Source: an uncultured bacterium (GTDB taxonomy: Bacteria > JAJVIF01 > JAPKYR01). Taken from it: 12,047 bases of DNA. The stretch spans positions 1-12,047 of the forward strand of contig CBDURU010000109.1 in NCBI GenBank assembly GCA_965369865.1, in the 5' to 3' direction. This document shows, one piece after another, positions 6,386 to 12,047 of the stretch. The notes beneath the pieces are model-generated. The model was not told where the DNA came from. It ran no database searches and saw only the letters and a list, made by a program, of their open reading frames with translations. Both the position numbers and the translations under genes were made by a program. Positions within the stretch are counted from its first letter, which is position 1. Every line of letters begins with the position of its first letter.

Positions 6386-7102
6386 ATGCGCACGAAGTGG
6401 CTGCCGGTTATTACCGGGATTTTTGTCGGTATACTGCTGATATCGAATATTGCCAGTGTGAAACTGGTGCTGCTGGGGCCATTCACATTCGATGGTGGAA
6501 CGCTGTTATTCCCGATAAGTTATATCTTCGGCGACATCCTGACCGAAGTTTACGGTTACAGGGCGTCAAGGAAGGTAATCTGGACAGGATTTTCTGCCGC
6601 CGCCCTGATGTCCCTCACGCTATGGGCTGTAGGGAAACTCCCTGGTCCTGAAGACTGGACCCGGGAGATGCAGCAATCATATGAGACCATCGTTGCTCCT
6701 GTCGGGAGGATTGTTACTGCCAGCCTGATAGCGTACCTGGCAGGGGAATTTTCAAACTCATATGTGCTGGCTAAGTTGAAAATATACACCAGGGGCAGGT
6801 TTTTATGGATTCGGACCATTTCAAGCACACTTATCGGTGAAGGAATCGACACGGTTATCTTCTGCCTGGTTGCATTTTATGGTGTCTGGAGCACAGAAAT
6901 CCTGATTACCATTATTATTTCCAACTACATCTTCAAATGCCTTTTTGAAATTGCTGCGACACCCCTGACTTACGCGATCGTTATCGGGCTGAAAAAGTCG
7001 GAAGGGATCGATGTTTACGATCGCGTAACCAACTTCAATCCATTCCTGGTTTTCGAATCCGAAACCGATCTGAATGGTGATGTCAGGGGGGCAGCCGGAT
7101 AG
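6386..7102 (+). CDS. yhhQ: Queuosine precursor (preQ0/preQ1) transporter, YhhQ/Vut_1 family
   Basis: Multi-TM protein with SNIASVK, GTLLFPISYIFGDILTEVYG, ASLIAYLAGEF.N and LWIRTISSTLIGEGIDT motifs. ATG 6386 is preferred over 6377, which overlaps the -10 box. Confidence 0.9.
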   Translation: MRTKWLPVITGIFVGILLISNIASVKLVLLGPFTFDGGTLLFPISYIFGDILTEVYGYRASRKVIWTGFSAAALMSLTLWAVGKLPGPEDWTREMQQSYETIVAPVGRIVTASLIAYLAGEFSNSYVLAKLKIYTRGRFLWIRTISSTLIGEGIDTVIFCLVAFYGVWSTEILITIIISNYIFKCLFEIAATPLTYAIVIGLKKSEGIDVYDRVTNFNPFLVFESETDLNGDVRGAAG

Positions 7103-7156
7103 AAAGTCCACCGGGCACACTCTCAGGTTTGATCTCTGCATGGCAAAGGGTAAAAA

Positions 7157-7165
7157 TGTTATAAT
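7157..7165 (+). promoter_or_regulatory. Extended -10 promoter for the alcohol dehydrogenase gene
   Basis: Perfect TG-T-TATAAT at 7157-7165. SD GGAGG at 7253-7257 precedes GTG 7264. Confidence 0.6.
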
Positions 7166-7263
7166 CTTCAATCGTCCCAATTCAGGGGCGTTAATTTTAT
7201 AAAAGGTCTTACGTATCCAGGACCATTTAAGAAAGCCCATTTTCAACTGCCCGGAGGTTTAAT

Positions 7264-8658
7264 GTGAATAAATTCGAACTCTTTAATCCAATAAAAATGG
7301 TTTTCGGAGCTGGAGAATTCGAACGTCTTGGCGAACTTGCAAAAGATCATGGAAACAAACCGCTGGTTGTATTCGGGCAAAATTCAGCCCGTGACACCGG
7401 ACTCCTTGACCGTGCGATTGAAAACCTCCAGGAAGCCGGCTTGGATCCCGTCGTGTTCGAAGGGATTGAACCGAACCCGAGGCTGGATACACTCCAGGAA
7501 GGATCCAGGAAGGCAGCCGACAATAACTGCGATATGGTCATTGGGATCGGCGGCGGTTCGGTTATGGACGCGAGCAAAATTATTGCCTTCGGGTCTTTCG
7601 ATCCCGATAATATCTGGAAACATGTCGCAACCTGGGAGGATGATTACGAGCCTGTAAAGGAGGCTCTTCCAATTGTTGTTGTCAGTACCCTTGCGGCAAC
7701 CGGAAGCGAAGGCAATGGCGGGGCGGTTGTCACAAACATGGAAACAAAGGATAAGGTTGGTGTATTTTCCAGTTACATGTATCCGAAAGTCAGCATTATC
7801 GACCCTGAACTGACAGTTGCCACACCACTCGACTATACCCGCGATGGGGTGGTCGATATGGCGATACATGTTCTTGAAAGCTACTTTAACGGTTCAGACG
7901 CCGATTTTTCGGACCGGGTCACCGAAAGCCTGTGCATTGAGGTTATGCTGGCATTCGATACCCTGGTCGAGAACCCGGAGGATATAGACGCGCGCGGTAC
8001 GCTCAGCTACCTCGCAGCGATCGCATTGACAGGATTTATCAATCGACCGAGAGGCGGTGATTTCCCACTTCACATTCTCCAGCACCCGCTGTCAGGACAT
8101 TTCGATATTTCACACGGACGGGGTCTCGCGCTTCTTCTCCCGAGATGGCTTAAATTTGTCAAAAGCGAGAAGCCTGGCAAGATCATCCAGTTCGGTGAGC
8201 GTGTGTTCGCGATGGACCTGGAAACTTATCATCCTCTGGAGGCAGCCGACAGGGTCATCGACAGGATCACGGAGTGGCTCGAGGATATCGGGGCATGGCT
8301 TTTCATGGATGATCTCGGAATCCCGAACGATCCGGTCCTGTTCAGGGAGATCGCGGAGCAGGTAATAAAAACATACGGCAGAGATGATGGGATTATCGGC
8401 GGCATCAAACCCCTCAAGGTTGATGATATCGTAGAAATTTACAATATGTGCGTGCGTACTGGAACTGAGGAATTTACCCCTGAACCGGAACCGGAAACAG
8501 AGGCTGGTTCTGAGGATGAAGACGGTGCAGAACCTGAAGGAACCGAACCGGAAGAAATTATTGAAAATGTGGAGGGTGAGGAGATTCCTGAAGGTGCAAA
8601 GGGCGATAAAAATATTATAATAGAAGAGGTTGTTGAGGAAGAGGTTACAGAAGAGTAA
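7264..8658 (+). CDS. Iron-containing alcohol dehydrogenase (butanol dehydrogenase/YqhD-like) with an acidic C-terminal extension
   Basis: GIEPNP, GIGGGSVMDASK, TLAATGSE and IDPEL motifs. Metal-ligand segments DMAIHVLE, HILQHPLS and HGRGLA. Strong SD. Confidence 0.93.
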   Translation: MNKFELFNPIKMVFGAGEFERLGELAKDHGNKPLVVFGQNSARDTGLLDRAIENLQEAGLDPVVFEGIEPNPRLDTLQEGSRKAADNNCDMVIGIGGGSVMDASKIIAFGSFDPDNIWKHVATWEDDYEPVKEALPIVVVSTLAATGSEGNGGAVVTNMETKDKVGVFSSYMYPKVSIIDPELTVATPLDYTRDGVVDMAIHVLESYFNGSDADFSDRVTESLCIEVMLAFDTLVENPEDIDARGTLSYLAAIALTGFINRPRGGDFPLHILQHPLSGHFDISHGRGLALLLPRWLKFVKSEKPGKIIQFGERVFAMDLETYHPLEAADRVIDRITEWLEDIGAWLFMDDLGIPNDPVLFREIAEQVIKTYGRDDGIIGGIKPLKVDDIVEIYNMCVRTGTEEFTPEPEPETEAGSEDEDGAEPEGTEPEEIIENVEGEEIPEGAKGDKNIIIEEVVEEEVTEE

Positions 8659-8671
8659 GTCGGTTTATAAC

Positions 8672-10867
8672 ATGTTCATTTTAAACCTATCAAAGAAAAT
8701 TTGGTCTGGTGCGGTTCTTTTTCTTTGCCTTGGCTTCGGGATGACCGTGTGCATTCCGGTTACCGATGTGATTCCGGGTGGGAGCATTTCATTGTTCGAT
8801 TACCTCGAACGCCTGAGTTTACCTGATGATTCAACTGTGTATGATCGGAAAATTGATCAAATCTGGCGTCGGGTTGTTAAATTTCCTGAGTCAAATGTAA
8901 TGACAATAGACCTGCCTGTGCTGCCGGAAGGAAGCAGGTTCACCTGTGCGCTGGCAATACTTAACGAGCTTGAAAATTATCAGCCATGTGAATTCGAAAT
9001 TCTCGCTGTTAAACCCGGTGGAGAAATGGTATCTCTCGAAACCCGGACAATTGAAACCGTAATGCATAAGGAGTGGCTCGAGTTTGATATCGATCTCGAA
9101 GGATATACAGATGGTAAATCCGAATTGAGAATCGAAGCCCGGTTCGCGACCGAGGGCAACCTTGGTTTGCTTGGTACACCCAGGCTCGAGGTCCCACACG
9201 AGAATGGTCCCGAGAGAATTATTCTGGTTTGTATCGACACTCTACGGACCGACCGTATGGGTTGTTATGGAAGCTATCTCGGGCTTACTCCGGCACTTGA
9301 CTCACTTGCCGAAGAATCGGTCAGGTTCGAAAACTGCCAGTCCGCAAGTCCCTGGACACTGCCATCGGTTGCATCCGTAATTACGGGACGATACCCCGGT
9401 ATGACCGGCGCGACCCGTGATACCGAGTATCTTCATGGTGGTGAACATACGCTTGCCGAGGTTTTCCATGAAACCGGCTTCAGAACAGCCAGTATTATTC
9501 AGAACAGATACACGTCAAGAGAATGCGGGTTCTTCCAGGGATACGACGCCGAAAATGATGGCAATCCGACCGCTGATTTAGTCACTGACAGCGCGATTAA
9601 ATGGGTAGACACATTGAAAGATGACGATTTCTTTCTGTATATCCATTATTTCGACCCTCACGTCCCCTACACCCCGCCGGAACCTTACCTGTCACGTTAC
9701 CGGATGGGACGCGGCCGATGGCCGGTTGGATTCCCTATGGAGGATGTACACCCACTTCGAACCGGGGAATTAGTACCGACAGAGGAGGAAATTCTTCAAC
9801 TCGAAGGTTTATACAATGGGGAAATCGCTTTCAATGATCATGAATTCAAACGATTTGTCGACCACCTGAAAGAAATTGGCATCTGGGATGATACCGCCAT
9901 CGTATTATATGCGGACCATGGGGAGGAATTCTGGGAGCACGGGGGTTCCCTGCATGGCCGGACTGTTTTCCAGGAAGTTTCTCATGTCCCGTTATTTTTT
10001 AAATTCCCTGGATTTGGGACCGGAGTTCGCGAGGATCCAGTCAGCCTTGTAGATATATTCCCGTCGATTCTGGATTATGCCGGCATTAGGCTGCCGGGCA
10101 ATATTGTCGGACAGAATATCCTGTCGGATGATTACGAACAGGAAAATTCGAGAACATTCATTATTGAAGCGCTTGCGCGAGGTCACCAGTCGAAAGGCAT
10201 TGTAATGGGTGACTGGAAGCAGATACTTCATTTCACCGAAGAAATGAATCCGGAACTCTATAATTTATCGGATGACCCGCTGGAACTCAACAATGTTTTG
10301 GACCGGGAAACCGACATCGCCGAAAGGCTGATCGGTGAGCTGTTTACGTATGCGGCCCGGACGAACGAAGGTAATCACGTACTCCTTTACCCAACCGATG
10401 AAACTGGCGGTGGTGTATTTACACTGATCCTGGTGTCAGAATCCGGTATGTTTAGTGACATTAAAACCCGTGGTAATTTCACTGTTGAAAATAAAATAAT
10501 TTCGGATCACAGGATTATCTTTGAGGTCAGTATGGGAACCGCCGGGCATGGTGGGGGGTACCTGGGATTAGATTTCTATCTTCAACCGGAAGATGCCGAG
10601 GTGACCTTCTCAATCGCCCATAGGGGAAATCCTGAAGCGGAATTTCCATGGCATTTGGGTGGTGAGGAAGTTGAGTCCTTTACCGATAACGAATTTACGA
10701 TATCTATGACCGATCACAGGGTCGCGATGTCATTCCCTCAGGTCAGGAGATTCCTTGCAAGGGGCCTTTATATCTGGTGTGTACCCCCCAGGCTCCAATC
10801 CGAATTCGAGAGCCGGATGAGTCCTGAAACCGCTGCTGAACTTGAAGCGCTCGGGTACCTTCATTAA
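8672..10867 (+). CDS. Exported sulfatase-like hydrolase/transferase (alkaline phosphatase superfamily) with accessory beta-rich domains
   Basis: IDTLRTD, SPWTLPSVASVITG, IHYFDPHVPY, YNGEI, ADHGEEFWEHG, HVPL, ELYNLSDDPLE and terminal LEALGY. Hydrophobic N-terminal signal/anchor. ATG 8672 (13 nt after the upstream stop) is preferred over 8630. Confidence 0.88.
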   Translation: MFILNLSKKIWSGAVLFLCLGFGMTVCIPVTDVIPGGSISLFDYLERLSLPDDSTVYDRKIDQIWRRVVKFPESNVMTIDLPVLPEGSRFTCALAILNELENYQPCEFEILAVKPGGEMVSLETRTIETVMHKEWLEFDIDLEGYTDGKSELRIEARFATEGNLGLLGTPRLEVPHENGPERIILVCIDTLRTDRMGCYGSYLGLTPALDSLAEESVRFENCQSASPWTLPSVASVITGRYPGMTGATRDTEYLHGGEHTLAEVFHETGFRTASIIQNRYTSRECGFFQGYDAENDGNPTADLVTDSAIKWVDTLKDDDFFLYIHYFDPHVPYTPPEPYLSRYRMGRGRWPVGFPMEDVHPLRTGELVPTEEEILQLEGLYNGEIAFNDHEFKRFVDHLKEIGIWDDTAIVLYADHGEEFWEHGGSLHGRTVFQEVSHVPLFFKFPGFGTGVREDPVSLVDIFPSILDYAGIRLPGNIVGQNILSDDYEQENSRTFIIEALARGHQSKGIVMGDWKQILHFTEEMNPELYNLSDDPLELNNVLDRETDIAERLIGELFTYAARTNEGNHVLLYPTDETGGGVFTLILVSESGMFSDIKTRGNFTVENKIISDHRIIFEVSMGTAGHGGGYLGLDFYLQPEDAEVTFSIAHRGNPEAEFPWHLGGEEVESFTDNEFTISMTDHRVAMSFPQVRRFLARGLYIWCVPPRLQSEFESRMSPETAAELEALGYLH

Positions 10868-11054
10868 CTCTTACAAGCTCTCAGACCAATCCTGATTGAA
10901 ATTGTATAAATAACTTGGGATATGCCATTTTTCTCCAGTGATAAACCCGGCTTTACCATTGCATATCAAGGGGGAAATGCCTTGTCCCCCAAAGTAAAAA
11001 ATAATTTCAATTAGAATTGTTCTAAGCTGTTTAAAAAAAATAATTTTAGTCGAG

Positions 11055-11090
11055 AAAAAACCCCCATCGGAACGGGGGTCTGTTTATTTT
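11055..11090. terminator. Probable intrinsic terminator, best supported for the minus-strand repeat-protein gene and possibly bidirectional
   Basis: Stem ACCCCC (11060-11065) / GGGGGT (11074-11079). The A-run at 11055-11060 gives a minus-strand U tract, and a T-rich run follows on plus. Confidence 0.65.
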
Positions 11091-11106
11091 TATTTTAATT
11101 TTTCAA

Positions 11107-12045
11107 TTACAGGATTATTAGGATTAATGGCATTGCTTTCTCTGGCGGATTATACGGATCATTGTAATCGCATGAAACCATGTAGATATCATGTGACACT
11201 GCACCTATATCGTTTGCCCAGTCAACCGTGAATAAGCCGTTTCCATCACCGGGACCCGAAAACAGAACATCGAGTGTCGCTGGGTCTAATACCTCCCACG
11301 CGTAGGTTACCGGATCACCTTCAGGGTCGGTAACAGTCACAGAGTAATCCTTGACATCGTCAGGCAACGCTTCGAAGTCACCCTCAACACCTATCTCAAG
11401 CACTGGAGGCTGGTTGGTTATTTCAACCGTCAGGGTGTCTGCAAATATCGAAGGGTTAACCGAGTCGGATACAGAGCAATCGATATCGTATATCTCACCT
11501 AAAGAAATGCTTAAAGTACCCCAATCAAATTCCAGGTTCCCGGCACCATCACCAGGACCGGTGAAAACAACCTGTAAATTGCTGACCTTGGTAATGGTCC
11601 AACTGTAGATTAAAGTATCTCCATCGGGATCATTAGCGGCAACTGTGTAGGTTAGTACAGAATGGACGCCGGCAGTCGTTGAACCTAATACGCCCTCATA
11701 GATAACCGGTGGTTCATTCGGAGGTTCAATCACGCTAACTGTCAGGGTTATAGCTGATACAGGTGAATTTGTTGGATCACTGACTTCACAATTTATATCG
11801 TATTCGTCTCCTACATTCGCATCAATATCTGTACCCCAGTCAATATTCAGCGTGCCGGCTCCATCGCCTGGACCTGTATATACATCAATCATTGTCGAAT
11901 TATCCGTTACAATCCATAAGTACGCTAACGAGTCACTCTCAGGATCGATAGCTGTAACAGTGTACTCATCCGTGTCCGTTGGATATACTTCTGCGTCGCC
12001 TGTAACACCGTCTGTAATCTCAGGCGGCAGATTGGAAGGTGTATC
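11107..12045 (-). CDS. 5'-truncated acidic surface/secreted protein with tandem Ig/cadherin-like domains
   Basis: The frame is open from 12045 (DTPSNLPPEITDGVTG...) through ATG 11892 to TAA at 11107. Repeated NxPP and DP[D/E][G/S]DxLxYxW motifs are typical of bacterial Ig/cadherin-like domains. Confidence 0.85.
   Translation of the reverse strand, partial: DTPSNLPPEITDGVTGDAEVYPTDTDEYTVTAIDPESDSLAYLWIVTDNSTMIDVYTGPGDGAGTLNIDWGTDIDANVGDEYDINCEVSDPTNSPVSAITLTVSVIEPPNEPPVIYEGVLGSTTAGVHSVLTYTVAANDPDGDTLIYSWTITKVSNLQVVFTGPGDGAGNLEFDWGTLSISLGEIYDIDCSVSDSVNPSIFADTLTVEITNQPPVLEIGVEGDFEALPDDVKDYSVTVTDPEGDPVTYAWEVLDPATLDVLFSGPGDGNGLFTVDWANDIGAVSHDIYMVSCDYNDPYNPPEKAMPLILIIL
11110..12033 (-). repeat. 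Three tandem protein repeats (periods 105 and 101 aa)
   Basis: Units begin NLPP (12033), NEPP (11718) and NQPP (11415). Each contains GV.G, Y.V...DP..D...Y.W, GPGDG[A/N]G, DW and Y.[I/V].C...D. Confidence 0.92.
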
Positions 12046-12047
12046 GG

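Noticed and set aside
3816..7102. A joint queuosine/tRNA-modification system of radical SAM, MBL hydrolase and YhhQ
   Set aside because: The genes are on alternating strands with separate promoter candidates, the radical SAM is not QueE-like, and no tgt/que genes are present. Conserved synteny would be needed to support it.
7095..7130. GAAAGTCC..GGGCAC (RNase P-like) and ACTCTCAGG (glycine riboswitch-like) words
   Set aside because: Isolated short matches. The rest of each consensus is absent, and the spacer is too short for RNase P RNA.
3779..11608. Longer antisense or overlapping ORFs (3779..4270 -, 5902..6285 +, 6821..7246 -, 7384..7869 -, 11351..11608 +)
   Set aside because: They overlap well-supported genes on the opposite strand and show no recognisable motifs.
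1..12047. CRISPR array, transposase, prophage or defence genes
   Set aside because: I saw no regularly spaced nucleotide repeats and no such protein motifs. The repeats present are in-frame protein domain repeats.

Overview
Bacterial chromosomal window with ten protein-coding genes, two of them truncated by the window edges, and no recognisable rRNA, tRNA, CRISPR array or transposase. In order: (+) the 3' part of a Cys-rich, probably secreted protein with 83-aa tandem repeats, three LGFP-like repeats and a C-terminal CHAP/papain-like Cys-His domain; (-) a GAF-like/HD-GYP phosphodiesterase; (-) a lipoprotein with an acidic stalk and a BsuPI-like domain; (+) a B12-binding radical SAM enzyme; (-) a small orphan membrane protein; (-) an MBL-fold hydrolase; (+) a YhhQ/Vut_1 queuosine-precursor transporter that appears leaderless; (+) an iron-containing alcohol dehydrogenase with a 65-aa acidic tail; (+) a sulfatase-like protein with Thr at the nucleophile position; (-) the 3' part of a surface protein with ~101-105-aa Ig/cadherin-like repeats. 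The genes look like an unlinked mosaic, and I cannot support one unified new system. The best leads are the repeat-LGFP-amidase architecture and three structured spacers between convergent genes (1469-1640, 5150-5225, 10892-11025). All family calls come from motif recognition by eye, and all RNA folds were paired by hand.
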